Of a stretch of DNA of 64,000 nucleotides, positions 13,110 to 23,188 are shown one piece after another. Numbering within the stretch: position 1 is the stretch's first letter; each line of letters begins with the position of its first letter. A program made the position numbers and the translations under genes. Source of the DNA: Polaribacter sp. (GTDB lineage Bacteria > Bacteroidota > Bacteroidia > Flavobacteriales > Flavobacteriaceae); NCBI RefSeq assembly GCF_051251875.1, contig NZ_JBPOGL010000013.1:14683-78682 (forward strand), read 5' to 3'. The notes beneath the pieces are model-generated. The model saw only the letters and a list, made by a program, of their open reading frames with translations. It was not told the origin of the DNA and made no database searches.

Positions 13110-14378
13110 ATGGAAATTCTATCATCTTATAACCTCATTATTGAAGTTTCATTAATAATAATCATTTCCTTTATTTTTAATGGAATTTCAAAGAAAACAA
13201 GTGTCCCTGCTGTGTTAATGTTAATTATTTTAGGAGTTGGTTTACAGTATGCCTTAGAATACTTTACTACAGATAAGTTAAATTTTTTACCAATTTTAGA
13301 AGTATTAGGTATTGTTGGTTTAATAATGATTGTTCTTGAAGCTGCTTTAGAATTAGAGCTAAAACGAGAAAAGTTAATACCAATTTTAAAATCTATGGCT
13401 ATTGCTCTTATTGGTTTGGTAAGTTCTGCATGGGTTGCCGCTTTAATTTTGTATAATTTTATACCAGAAATGAGTATGCAGTCTGCTTGGCTGTATGCAA
13501 CACCTTTGTCTATACTTTCTAGTGCTATAATTATACCAAGTGTGGGGCTTTTAAATGTTGATAAAAAGGAATTTCATATTTACGAAAGTACTTTTTCTGA
13601 CATTATGGGAATTATGATGTTTTACTTTTTAATTGGTAAATTAAACCCTACTGAAGACTCTGGAGTTGTTGGTTTTACTGGTAATATTTTGTTAACTATA
13701 GTAATCTCTTTAATTGCTAGTTATGCCATAATTTTAATATTCCAGAGAATTAAGAGTCAGGCAAAATTATTTTTATTAATTGCGGTGTTGTTGTTGTTGT
13801 ATGCGCTTGGTAAGAAAATGCATTTATCATCACTTATAATCATTTTAATTTTTGGATTAGTAATTGCAAATATGAAGGTGTTTTTCTCTGGGAAATTGGC
13901 TAAATATTTAGAGTTTAAAAAGGCGCATCAAATTTATCATGAATTACATATTATTACCTTAGAAACCGCTTTTGTAGTAAGAACCTTCTTTTTTGTAATA
14001 TTTGGTTTAACAATAGCCATTACTTCGCTTTTTAATTTGAATGTTGCCTTAATTAGTTTATCCATTATTGCATCTATTTATATCATTAGATTTATGCTGC
14101 TAAGAATTTTTGTGGGTAGCGATATTTTACCGCAACTTTTTATAGCACCGCGTGGATTGATAACAGTGTTGCTTTTTTATGCAATTCCGGCAGAAGCACA
14201 AGTTGCTACTTTTGAGCCTGGTATTCTCTTATTTGTAATTATTGGTACAAGTTTAATTATGACTGGCGCAATGATTTTTGATAAGAGAAGGAGTTCTAAA
14301 GCTACACAAATAGCAAGTTCAAATGCGGTTGGAAATGTAAAATGGGAAGCACCTACAATAGAATCTTCTAATATTTAG
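13110..14378 (+). CDS. Cation:proton antiporter (CPA family)
   Basis: About 12 TM segments; VP.VLMLI.LG, LEAALEL, ESTFSDIMG, APRGLIT motifs. Confidence 0.85.
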   Translation: MEILSSYNLIIEVSLIIIISFIFNGISKKTSVPAVLMLIILGVGLQYALEYFTTDKLNFLPILEVLGIVGLIMIVLEAALELELKREKLIPILKSMAIALIGLVSSAWVAALILYNFIPEMSMQSAWLYATPLSILSSAIIIPSVGLLNVDKKEFHIYESTFSDIMGIMMFYFLIGKLNPTEDSGVVGFTGNILLTIVISLIASYAIILIFQRIKSQAKLFLLIAVLLLLYALGKKMHLSSLIIILIFGLVIANMKVFFSGKLAKYLEFKKAHQIYHELHIITLETAFVVRTFFFVIFGLTIAITSLFNLNVALISLSIIASIYIIRFMLLRIFVGSDILPQLFIAPRGLITVLLFYAIPAEAQVATFEPGILLFVIIGTSLIMTGAMIFDKRRSSKATQIASSNAVGNVKWEAPTIESSNI

Positions 14379-14427
14379 AAGGTTTAGGTGAGCTGTTTTA
14401 TTATAAAGAAAAATTGTATTTTAAAAG

Positions 14428-14475
14428 AAAGGACACTATAAATACTTTGTTAAAAGTGTGTATAGTGTCCTTTTT
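14428..14475. terminator. Bidirectional terminator between the antiporter and lutC
   Basis: AAAGGACACTATA / TATAGTGTCCTTT 13-bp stem between convergent genes. Confidence 0.7.
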
Positions 14476-14505
14476 AATTCAACCAATAAACCAATAAAAA
14501 TATTG

Positions 14506-15096
14506 TTATTTTTTCAAAAACACGGTAAGACTTAAGGCGCCATGTGCACCAATTACTAATGATTGTTCTATATCGGCAGTTTTAGAAGGACCGGCTATAA
14601 ACACACCAAAATCGGAATTTATAATAGGTAATTTGTCATACGCCTGATGCATATACGCTACAATATCTTTAGCTGATAAAACCAAAACCAGATGCTTTGT
14701 AATAAAAGGCAACACACGTACTGGTATGTTGTTGTCTGATAACCAAATAGCGCCGTTTTCTGCAACGCCCAATTTACTTTCTAAAATTAAAACATCTAAA
14801 TCTTCTAAGTCATGTGGTTTCTGTAAAGAAGCTAAAGAAATAGTGTTAAAAGATGTGCTGTTGTCTAAGTTAGAGAAATTTACTTTTGTGTCTGGAAATG
14901 TTTTTTGAATGAGTGGTATAATTTCTTCGTTAGAATTTGCGGCAATAACATTACCACCAACAACTTCTACTTTTTTAGTAAATTCCTGTATCAGGTCTAA
15001 TCCTTCGTCAAAAATAGAAGGATTGATAATTGGTAAATCTAGAAGTTCTGGTTTATTTGCCTTTATTCTGTCTAATATTTGATTTCTACTTCCCAT
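14506..15096 (-). CDS. lutC: Lactate utilization protein C (LUD domain)
   Basis: GVAENGAIW and FIAGPSKTADIEQSLVIGAHG. Confidence 0.9.
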   Translation of the reverse strand: MGSRNQILDRIKANKPELLDLPIINPSIFDEGLDLIQEFTKKVEVVGGNVIAANSNEEIIPLIQKTFPDTKVNFSNLDNSTSFNTISLASLQKPHDLEDLDVLILESKLGVAENGAIWLSDNNIPVRVLPFITKHLVLVLSAKDIVAYMHQAYDKLPIINSDFGVFIAGPSKTADIEQSLVIGAHGALSLTVFLKK

Positions 15097-15099
15097 AAT

Positions 15100-16473
15100 T
15101 TAACTTTTTTTCTCGTTCTCTCTATCTGTAAACCATTGATCAAAACTTTTCTTAGGACCTAAAGGTAAATCTCTCGCTTTTCCCCATGCATTTGGTTTAG
15201 AGTTAATGACAGCTTTTGGTAAATTTCTTAAAGACCAACGTGCAACTTTTCCTACCATTTCAAATTGACCAGGATTTTCAAATATTTTACCCATTGCTTT
15301 CATGGATACTTTTTTAACAAAAGGCTGTGGAGTTTCTTTGGTAATTATTTGTCGCCATTTGTATAACTGCGTATGTATGTCGATTTTTACAGGACAAACA
15401 TCTGAACAAGAGCCACAAAGTGTGGATGCAAATGGTAATGTACTGTGTTTTTTTAAATCTTTTCCTGGTGATAAAATAGAGCCAATTGGTCCTGGTATTG
15501 TAGCATCATAACTATGTCCGCCACTTCTTCTGTAAATAGGACAAGTATTCATACAAGCACCACAACGAATACAGTGTAATGAAGCTCTAAAATCTGGTCT
15601 GCTTAATTGTTCAGAACGACCATTGTCTACAATTACAATGTGCATTTTAGCACCTTTTCTCGCTTTTTTAAAGTGAGATGAGTAGGTAGTAATTGGTTGT
15701 CCGGTTGCAGATCTTGCCAATAATCTTAAAAATACGCCTAAATGTTCTTGCTTCGGAATAATTTTTTCTACACCCATAGAAGCAATATGAACCGGCGCTA
15801 AATGTGCGCCCATATCTGCATTTCCTTCGTTGGTACAAACAACAAAACCTCCAGTTTCCGCAATGGCAAAATTTACACCTGTAAGAGCTGCATCTGCTTC
15901 AATAAATTTGGTTCTTAAATGTTTTCTTGCTTCGCCTGTTAAATATTGAGGATCTCCATCGCAGGGTTTTGTGCCTAAATGTTCTTGAAATAATTCATCT
16001 ACTTCATGTCTGTTTTTATGAATTGCAGGTAAAACAATATGGCTTGGTGCTTCTTTTGCTAATTGTACAATGCGTTCTCCTAAATCTGTGTCTATAACTT
16101 CTATGTCTTCTGCTTCCAAAAAAGGATTCAAATGACATTCTTCCGTTAACATAGATTTACTTTTAACTATTTTTTTGGCATTATTATCTTTAAGAATCTG
16201 AAGTACAATTTTATTGTGTTCTTCGGCATTTGCAGCCCAATGAACTTCTACGTCATTTTTTATTGCGTTTTCTTCAAACTGAATTAAATAATTGTCTAAG
16301 TTAGACAGCATGTGTGCTTTAATTCCGTGACCTAGGTTTCTTAATTCTTCCCAGCCTTCTACATTATGAACAGATAAATCTCTTTTATGACGCACAAACC
16401 ACAAGGCTTTGTCGTGCCAATCAACCCTTTTTTCGTCTTTATTAAAAATACTTGCTAATTTTGAATGACTCAT
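15100..16473 (-). CDS. lutB: Lactate utilization protein B (Fe-S)
   Basis: KSKSMLTEE, TDLGERIVQL, HIVLPAIH, CIRCGACMNTCP, STLCGSCSDVCPVKI. Confidence 0.93.
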   Translation of the reverse strand: MSHSKLASIFNKDEKRVDWHDKALWFVRHKRDLSVHNVEGWEELRNLGHGIKAHMLSNLDNYLIQFEENAIKNDVEVHWAANAEEHNKIVLQILKDNNAKKIVKSKSMLTEECHLNPFLEAEDIEVIDTDLGERIVQLAKEAPSHIVLPAIHKNRHEVDELFQEHLGTKPCDGDPQYLTGEARKHLRTKFIEADAALTGVNFAIAETGGFVVCTNEGNADMGAHLAPVHIASMGVEKIIPKQEHLGVFLRLLARSATGQPITTYSSHFKKARKGAKMHIVIVDNGRSEQLSRPDFRASLHCIRCGACMNTCPIYRRSGGHSYDATIPGPIGSILSPGKDLKKHSTLPFASTLCGSCSDVCPVKIDIHTQLYKWRQIITKETPQPFVKKVSMKAMGKIFENPGQFEMVGKVARWSLRNLPKAVINSKPNAWGKARDLPLGPKKSFDQWFTDRENEKKS

Positions 16474-16488
16474 TTTTTGGTATTTTAA

Positions 16489-17226
16489 TTATAGATTGCT
16501 GTTTAAGATTTCAGCAATATGCAATATTTTTAAAGGGTGATTGTTGCGATTAACCAAACCTTCTAAATGCATTAAGCAAGAAGTATCTGTAGCTGTTATT
16601 ACTTCTACACCGCTATCTAAATGATCTTTAATTTTATCTTTTCCCATTTTTACAGAAACTGCTTCTTCAGTAACGGCAAAAGTACCTCCAAAGCCACAGC
16701 ATTCGTCGTTTCTATTTAAAGGCATTAATTCTGCTCCTTTTACTTCTTGCAGCAATTCTTCGATATAAGAATATTTATTACCAACAACTTCAGAGCAAGA
16801 ACCTAAACGCAGGCCTCTTAAACCATGACAGCTTTTATGCACGCCAATTTTATGAGGGAAAGCAGCGCCAACATCTTTTATTTTTAAGATATTAAGTATA
16901 AAATCACATAATTCATATACATTATTTCTAACCTTTACAACTTCTTCTGTTTGAGGAATAATATTATAGTGTTTTTTCACATGATACGCACAACTTCCAG
17001 AAGGAGTAACGATGTAATCAAAATCTTTAAAATTTTCTACAAAATTATTGCAAGCACCAACAGATTCATATTCAAAACCAGAGTTTGCCATAGGTTGCCC
17101 GCAACAAGTTTGTCCTGAAGGATAGCTAACTTCAATATTTAGTTTTTCTAAAAGTTCTATGGTTGCAATTCCAACTTGTGGGTATAACTGATTAATGTAA
17201 CAAGGAATAAATAGACCTACTTTCAT
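16489..17226 (-). CDS. lutA: Lactate utilization protein A (CCG-domain Fe-S protein)
   Basis: LFIPCYINQ, QTCCGQP, PSGSC, ECCGFGGTF, DTSCLMHL. Confidence 0.92.
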   Translation of the reverse strand: MKVGLFIPCYINQLYPQVGIATIELLEKLNIEVSYPSGQTCCGQPMANSGFEYESVGACNNFVENFKDFDYIVTPSGSCAYHVKKHYNIIPQTEEVVKVRNNVYELCDFILNILKIKDVGAAFPHKIGVHKSCHGLRGLRLGSCSEVVGNKYSYIEELLQEVKGAELMPLNRNDECCGFGGTFAVTEEAVSVKMGKDKIKDHLDSGVEVITATDTSCLMHLEGLVNRNNHPLKILHIAEILNSNL

Positions 17227-17256
17227 GTGTAATAATGATTAATAATGATATCAATT

Positions 17257-18555
17257 TTATTTATAAATTTTCATAGTTCTATATCCGTAAACTGCAATAA
17301 AGCAGAAACAAATAAAAGGTAAAATAAATGAAAAGTTAACTCCAGAAAACGGACCAATTTTTTCCATATCTATCATTAAACCTTGTAATATTGGCATTAA
17401 AGCTCCACCAACAATTGCCATTACCAAACCTGCAGCACCTAAAGCAGAATCTTCTTCACTTAATCCGTTTAAAGCAATTCCGTAAATAGTTGGGAACATT
17501 AAAGACATAAATGCAGAGGTTGCAACTAATAAATATAAACCAGTCATTCCTTCAATTAAAATAACTCCTGCAATGGTAGTCATTGCACCAAGTGCGAAAA
17601 TCATTAGTAATTTTTTAGCGTTGATATATTTCATCATAAAAGTACTGATAAACCTACTTCCTAAGAAAATAGACATGGCAACAATATTAAAGTTTTGCGC
17701 TGTTGATTTTGCGATACCTAAATTTCCTGCATATTGAATGATGAATGTCCAACACATAATTTGTGCTGCTACATAAAACATTTGAGCTAAAACACCTTCT
17801 TTGTACTTTCCGTTAGCAAACAATCTTTTAAAAGAATCTGATGCACTAGAATATTTTTGAGTAGTGTCTCTTTTTGGCATTTTAGTAACTGCAATTAAAA
17901 CAAGCATTGCTATCACCACAAAACCAAGAATTACATACGGGTTTCTAATGATACCCAAGTCATGTGTTCTAATAATTGCTTTTTGTGCTTCGTCTAAAGT
18001 GCTAAAAATTAGTTCACCTGCTTCGTTTCTTTTATCAGAATCTAAGGCTACTAAAATAAATTTTGAAGCCACAAACATTCCGAATAAAGACCCAATAGGG
18101 TTAAAGGCTTGTGCTAAATTTAAACGTTGAGTGGCTGTGCGTTCATCTCCCATAGAAAGGATGTATGGGTTTGCTGTTGTTTCTAAAAACGCCAATCCGA
18201 ATGTTAGAATATAAAGTGATCCTAAAAAGAAGCCAAAGACTTCAAATTGGGCTGCTGGAAAGAATAATAAGGCTCCTATTGCGTATAATGTTAAGCCTAA
18301 AAGAATTCCTTTTTTATAGCTATATTTTCTAACAAATAAAGCTGCAGGTATTGCCATAGTTGCATACCCGCCATAAAAAGCAAGTTGTACCAAAGCGGCT
18401 TTGGCGGTAGAGATTTCCATAACAGTACCAAATGCGGCAACCATTGGGTTGGTAATATCATTGGCAAAACCCCATAAAGAAAATAATGAAGTAATGATAA
18501 TAAAAGGTATTAGAGCTTCTTTAGAAACTACGGGTATTTTTGTTGTGTTAGACAT
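17257..18555 (-). CDS. fucP: L-fucose:H+ symporter-like MFS permease
   Basis: FSLWGFA, QLAFYGGY, FLETTANPY, RLNLAQAFNPIG, SLMFPTIYG, MAIVGGA. Confidence 0.88.
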   Translation of the reverse strand: MSNTTKIPVVSKEALIPFIIITSLFSLWGFANDITNPMVAAFGTVMEISTAKAALVQLAFYGGYATMAIPAALFVRKYSYKKGILLGLTLYAIGALLFFPAAQFEVFGFFLGSLYILTFGLAFLETTANPYILSMGDERTATQRLNLAQAFNPIGSLFGMFVASKFILVALDSDKRNEAGELIFSTLDEAQKAIIRTHDLGIIRNPYVILGFVVIAMLVLIAVTKMPKRDTTQKYSSASDSFKRLFANGKYKEGVLAQMFYVAAQIMCWTFIIQYAGNLGIAKSTAQNFNIVAMSIFLGSRFISTFMMKYINAKKLLMIFALGAMTTIAGVILIEGMTGLYLLVATSAFMSLMFPTIYGIALNGLSEEDSALGAAGLVMAIVGGALMPILQGLMIDMEKIGPFSGVNFSFILPFICFCFIAVYGYRTMKIYK

Positions 18556-18651
18556 TTTGTTTTTTTATTTAATAGAAAAACACTTTTAAAAAGATACTTA
18601 ATTTGGGGGTTATCTATATTTAAAAGTGTTTCTAATTATGTTTTACTAATT

Positions 18652-20091
18652 CTATCTGTATTGTGCATATATAACTTTGGTTTGAAGATATTCTTCCATT
18701 CCATGTTTACCATCAGCACCACCAATTCCAGATTTTTTCCAACCAGCGTGGAAACCTTGAATTGCTTCAAAATGTTCTCTGTTAATATATGTTTCTCCGT
18801 ATTGTAATTCTTCTGCAGCATGCATTACTTTGTTAAAGTTTTCAGAGAATATAGAAGATGTTAATCCAAATTCACAGTCATTCGCTAGAGCAATAGCTTC
18901 ATCAAGAGTACCAAATTTCATCACTGGTAAAACAGGACCAAATACTTCTTCTTGAATAATTTGCATGTTTTGTGTTACATTGGTTAATAAGGTTGGTTGG
19001 TAAAAATAACCTTTATTAAATTCACTCATACCAGACCCACCAACTACAACTTCTGCACCTTCTTTTTTAGCATATTCTACCATTTCGGTAACTTTATCTA
19101 ATTGTGCTTTAGAAACCAAGGCACTCATATCTGGGTTGTTTTCAGAAAAAGCATCTTCTACTTTTAAAGTTTTCATTTTTGCTGCAACCATATCCAAAAA
19201 TTGATCATGAATAGATTCTTCTACATAAAGACGTTCTGCACAGTTACATACTTGTCCGCTAAAAGTAACTCTTGAGGTAACAACTGCATTCACAGCCAAT
19301 TCTAAATTAGCATCTGCACATACAATAGCAGGTGCTTTACCACCTAATTCTAAAGATACTTTTGTAATGTTTTCTGCAGCTGCACGCATTACCATTTGAC
19401 CAGCGCCAACACTACCTGTTAAACTAATAATTCCTGTAATTGGACTTCTTGAAAGTGCATCACCTACAATACTACCTTTACCACAAACATAGTTTAATAC
19501 ACCTGCAGGCATTTTTATAGCTTCAATTAGTTTCGCAAATTCCATAACGGTATTAGGTGCAATAGAACTTGGGTTTATAACACAAGTATTACCTGTAATT
19601 AAAGAACCAGCAACTTTTCTAGCCATTACAAAGAAAGGAAAGTTCCAAGGTAAAATACCTACAGCTACACCAATTGGTGCTTTGTGTAAAAAGATGTGTT
19701 CTTTACTACGATCACTTTGTATGATTTCTCCTTCTATTCTTCTTGCAAAACCTGCATAGTAATCAAAATAATCTGCAGTAACATCAATTTCAACTTGCGC
19801 TAAACCTATTACTTTTGCTTGCTCTGCTGCTAATGTTTTTGCTAAGGATATTCTGTTTTGGCGAATAACATCGGCCATTTTATTTAAATAATTAGCTCTT
19901 TGAATTGCAGGAAGAGATTTCCATCCATGTTGAGAAGCTTGTGCTGCTTCTAAAGCTAATTGAGCATCCACTTTACTACCTACTGGCATTAAAGATAAAA
20001 CTTCTTCGGTACAAGGATTTAAAATTTCAATTACATCTGTAGATGTAGATTTTACAAATTTCCCGTTGATAAACTGTTCAAATTGCTGCAT
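18652..20091 (-). CDS. aldA: Aldehyde dehydrogenase, lactaldehyde dehydrogenase-like
   Basis: GILPWNFP, LTGS, LELGGKAP, GQVCNC, EEVFGP, GETYINRE..EAIQGFHAGWKKSGIGGADGKHG. Confidence 0.88.
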   Translation of the reverse strand: MQQFEQFINGKFVKSTSTDVIEILNPCTEEVLSLMPVGSKVDAQLALEAAQASQHGWKSLPAIQRANYLNKMADVIRQNRISLAKTLAAEQAKVIGLAQVEIDVTADYFDYYAGFARRIEGEIIQSDRSKEHIFLHKAPIGVAVGILPWNFPFFVMARKVAGSLITGNTCVINPSSIAPNTVMEFAKLIEAIKMPAGVLNYVCGKGSIVGDALSRSPITGIISLTGSVGAGQMVMRAAAENITKVSLELGGKAPAIVCADANLELAVNAVVTSRVTFSGQVCNCAERLYVEESIHDQFLDMVAAKMKTLKVEDAFSENNPDMSALVSKAQLDKVTEMVEYAKKEGAEVVVGGSGMSEFNKGYFYQPTLLTNVTQNMQIIQEEVFGPVLPVMKFGTLDEAIALANDCEFGLTSSIFSENFNKVMHAAEELQYGETYINREHFEAIQGFHAGWKKSGIGGADGKHGMEEYLQTKVIYAQYR

Positions 20092-20381
20092 AAAATATTG
20101 TTTAAGTTAATTGTATTTATAAAAAAGTAATCAAAAAATGTAATTTGTATTTTTGAAAACTGCTTGTTTTTTAGGTAAACTAGGATGCTTGTTTTTAGAT
20201 AAACAAGTATGCTAGTTAAACCCGATAAGCAAATTTATTAATAGAAGTGATTAAAATTTTTATCCATATTAAGCAATAATATGTACAATTTAAACATGTT
20301 CTTAATTTTAAATAGAAAAATGTGTCTAAAATCTATGTGGAGGTGGAAAAAGTGGCGTTGATAAAAAAAAGGATTATTGAA

Positions 20382-21281
20382 CTATGTGTATTTTCCAGAT
20401 TTATAAATGCCAGGAGTTAAACCGGTAATTAATTTAAACACTCTAGAAAAATGGTATCTATCTGAAAAGCCTAAATCAAAAGCAACATCTTCTATGGTTT
20501 TGTTAGTGTGTTCAAACAACTCACAAGATCTTGCAATTTTTCTATTTTGAATAAAATTATGAAGTGAAATATTCATTTCTTTTTTGAATAAACGCGCAAA
20601 TGAATTAGGGGCCATGTTAACAATGGTGGCAATTTCTGCATTACTTAATTTTTTTTCAATATTAGCTTCAATAAAACGAATTACTTTTAAAACACGATCA
20701 TCTATATTTATGGCTTTCCAAAGTTCTGGACCTATATTAGTAAGTGTTTCTTTAATAAATGCTTGCAATTTTAAATTAAACGTTAATTTAAAATCTTTGT
20801 TTTCAATTTTTAATCTACCTGTTAAATACTCTAATCTATCTTTTAAGAAATCTGTTACTTCAATTTTTAAGATACCAGGATATACGTTATCAAAAGGAAC
20901 ACCTAGGTTAAAATGAATAAAAAAATGAATTAGTGATGAATCTATATAATCGTTTTCGTCAAATTCACTTGTTAAGTGTCTTCCTTCAACATGAATGCCA
21001 TTATTATAAATATGTTTTTTTGAAAAACGAGAAGAAAAAGAGGTAAAGGGTGGAATTATATATAAAGTATCTGGTGTCATTTTATAAACTTCATCTAAAT
21101 GAATTAATTCTCCACCTTCATTTCTATTCCAATAAATTCTCCAGAATGGAAAAATCATATCATGGCAATCCCATAAATTTAGCAACCAGTACCTACAACA
21201 TAGCAACTTTAATTTTAGATCTATAAAATTTTGAAAGTTGGATGAAGGATCTCCTAATTCTATTTTTTTTACAAACTTCAA
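20382..21281 (-). CDS. AraC-family transcriptional regulator
   Basis: C-terminal double HTH (MAPNSFARLFKKEM...IEDVAFDLGFSDRYHFSRVFK..TG.TP); upstream of aldA. Confidence 0.92.
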   Translation of the reverse strand: MKFVKKIELGDPSSNFQNFIDLKLKLLCCRYWLLNLWDCHDMIFPFWRIYWNRNEGGELIHLDEVYKMTPDTLYIIPPFTSFSSRFSKKHIYNNGIHVEGRHLTSEFDENDYIDSSLIHFFIHFNLGVPFDNVYPGILKIEVTDFLKDRLEYLTGRLKIENKDFKLTFNLKLQAFIKETLTNIGPELWKAINIDDRVLKVIRFIEANIEKKLSNAEIATIVNMAPNSFARLFKKEMNISLHNFIQNRKIARSCELFEHTNKTIEDVAFDLGFSDRYHFSRVFKLITGLTPGIYKSGKYT

Positions 21282-21452
21282 AATATGAATATGTTTAAAT
21301 TAGATACAATAATACTCTTTTTTAATATTTTTCAGGGTGTATTCTGCAAGTATTTTTATTATATCAAAATGTGCTAGAATATATAAGAGATTAGGACTTT
21401 CTTTCAGCAGTAGAGATAGAATTATAAAAAGTCATTAACCATATTTCCAAAA

Positions 21453-22571
21453 TTAGATAATTTTTATATGTAGTTCATAACGACTACTTTTTAAAGTTCC
21501 AGTTTTTGTTAAAACTCCTTTATCAACCATATCTTTTAAATCTCTAGTAGCGGTTGAAGCTGATGTTTTAGCAATTTTGGTATATTTTTCGGCACTCAAG
21601 CCACCTATAAAACCAGTATGTCCTGCTTCAAAAACTCTTAACAATACTTTATTTTGTCTTTCGTTTAATTGATTTTTATTTCGTTCAAAAAACTTTGCTT
21701 TTTCTATAATAAAATCAACACGTTTTATAGTGTTTTCTTGAGCACTTAAAATAGTTTCACTAAAGTATTGTAACCAATTAGTAATTTCTAATGTTGCATT
21801 GTTGGTTTCAAGTGATGTGTAATACATTTTTTTATTATCTTCTATGGTGTATGATAATGAACTTAATGTTGGTTGTTTAGAACTGATGGCAATAGATTTC
21901 TCAGTTAATGCTCTTGCAATTCTTCCGTTCCCATCTTCAAAAGGATGAATACAAACAAAATATAAATGTGTAATACTAGCTTTTGCCAGTGGTAATATAC
22001 TTGTATTGTTTGGGTGATGAACTTGATTAAACCACAGAATAAATTGTTCCATTTCGATAGGCACTTTGTCCGATGGAGGGGCTTCAAAATGGATAGTGGG
22101 TTTATCAAGTCTTCCAGAAACAACTTGCATTGGATCTGTATGTGTTCTATAGCTTCCAATATTTGCTAAATCTCTTCTACTATAGGTGATCATTTTATGC
22201 CAATCAAATAGCTGCTTATGACTTAATGGTTTATTGAAGTTATGATACAAATCGACCATCATTTCAGAAATTCCAAGTTCTGCGGGTGCTATTTTTCTTT
22301 TATTCGTAGCAAAACCAAGATTTTTTTTAATAGAGGATTGTACACTTTCTCTATTCAAAATTTCGCCTTCAATTTCTGAAGTTTTTATAGCTTCTTCACT
22401 AAGTATTTCTACTAATAAATCATCTTTAGAGACACCTTCTATATGTTTTATAGCGCCCAATACAAGCCCTGAATTTTTAGAAAATTGCATTTCTAATTGT
22501 TCAAGAATCTCTTTGTTGTATGTAAAATGAGGCCATTCTTTGTGTAACCAATTCCAATTTTTATACGCCAT
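21453..22571 (-). CDS. Fic family protein with DUF4172 N-terminus and C-terminal wHTH
   Basis: Canonical Fic motif HPFEDGNGRIAR; WNW..KEWPHF N-terminus; TSASTATRDL wHTH. Confidence 0.92.
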   Translation of the reverse strand: MAYKNWNWLHKEWPHFTYNKEILEQLEMQFSKNSGLVLGAIKHIEGVSKDDLLVEILSEEAIKTSEIEGEILNRESVQSSIKKNLGFATNKRKIAPAELGISEMMVDLYHNFNKPLSHKQLFDWHKMITYSRRDLANIGSYRTHTDPMQVVSGRLDKPTIHFEAPPSDKVPIEMEQFILWFNQVHHPNNTSILPLAKASITHLYFVCIHPFEDGNGRIARALTEKSIAISSKQPTLSSLSYTIEDNKKMYYTSLETNNATLEITNWLQYFSETILSAQENTIKRVDFIIEKAKFFERNKNQLNERQNKVLLRVFEAGHTGFIGGLSAEKYTKIAKTSASTATRDLKDMVDKGVLTKTGTLKSSRYELHIKII

Positions 22572-22643
22572 GAGCTATAAATGTGTTTTGTATAGCTCAA
22601 ATATAATGAAATTATGAGCTATAATTATGTTTATATAGCTCAT
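22570..22643. promoter_or_regulatory. Two tandem palindromic operators over the Fic start and promoter
   Basis: TGAGCTATA-N11-TATAGCTCA (22571-22599) and TGAGCTATA-N10-TATAGCTCA (22615-22642). Confidence 0.6.
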
Positions 22644-22878
22644 TTATTATTTTGAATTGATAAAATAAATTAGACTTTAGAAAATTAGCTGTTTTATCAA
22701 GATTAACAAATGACAGGGTAGGACTTATTAATAAAAAATTAGCTTTAGAAAATAAGCTAGAAACTAATACTATAATAAATAAGGCTTTAGAAGATGTCAT
22801 TTTTGCTTTTACAAAAGTAAAGGAAGAAGAAATGGTATTTCATCTAATGAATTAATCAAAAACGTTTAGAACAAAAAA

Positions 22879-23102
22879 GAATTATCAATTACGAATGTAG
22901 AATTACGAGTTATGAATTACGAATTACGAATTAAGAATTATGAAAGAAAATATGGTACAAGTAAAATTTTAAATCTAGGTAAATCATTTTTCTATGTTAG
23001 AAAAAAATCTGCATTTATCAACGTAATCAGCGGGGAATTAAAAAAACGGCTCATTAAGCATCAAGTAGCAATACCATTAGTGAATATAACCACATAAAAA
23101 CA
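22879..23102 (+). repeat. About 210-220 bp direct repeat, copy 1
   Basis: Near-identical to 24329-24538: GAATTAC/GAATTAT heptamer run, then AAATCTAGGTAAATC...AATCTGCATTTATCA.CGTAATCAGCGGGGA...ACCACATAAAAACA. Confidence 0.9.
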
Positions 23103-23150
23103 TAACCATTAGTGAGTGTAATCACCAAAAAACATAACCATTGGTGATTA
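23073..23150 (+). repeat. 32-bp-period tandem repeats upstream of the AAA gene promoter
   Basis: CCATT(A/G)GTGA at 23074, 23106 and 23138; TACATTTG (-7) at 23166-23173. Confidence 0.75.
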
Positions 23151-23188
23151 CGATGTAATAATTTGTACATTTGTATAAAAATTAAAAC

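Noticed and set aside
20336-20342. TGTGGAG as a third att copy
   Set aside because: Only 7 nt match, with no hairpin, arm repeats or integrase; expected by chance.
22912-23097. 61-aa ORF MNYELRIKNY...
   Set aside because: Translation of the heptamer and direct repeat; not conserved as a frame in copy 2.
23073-23150. Mini-CRISPR
   Set aside because: The period is only 32 bp with similar intervening sequence; too short for repeat plus spacer.
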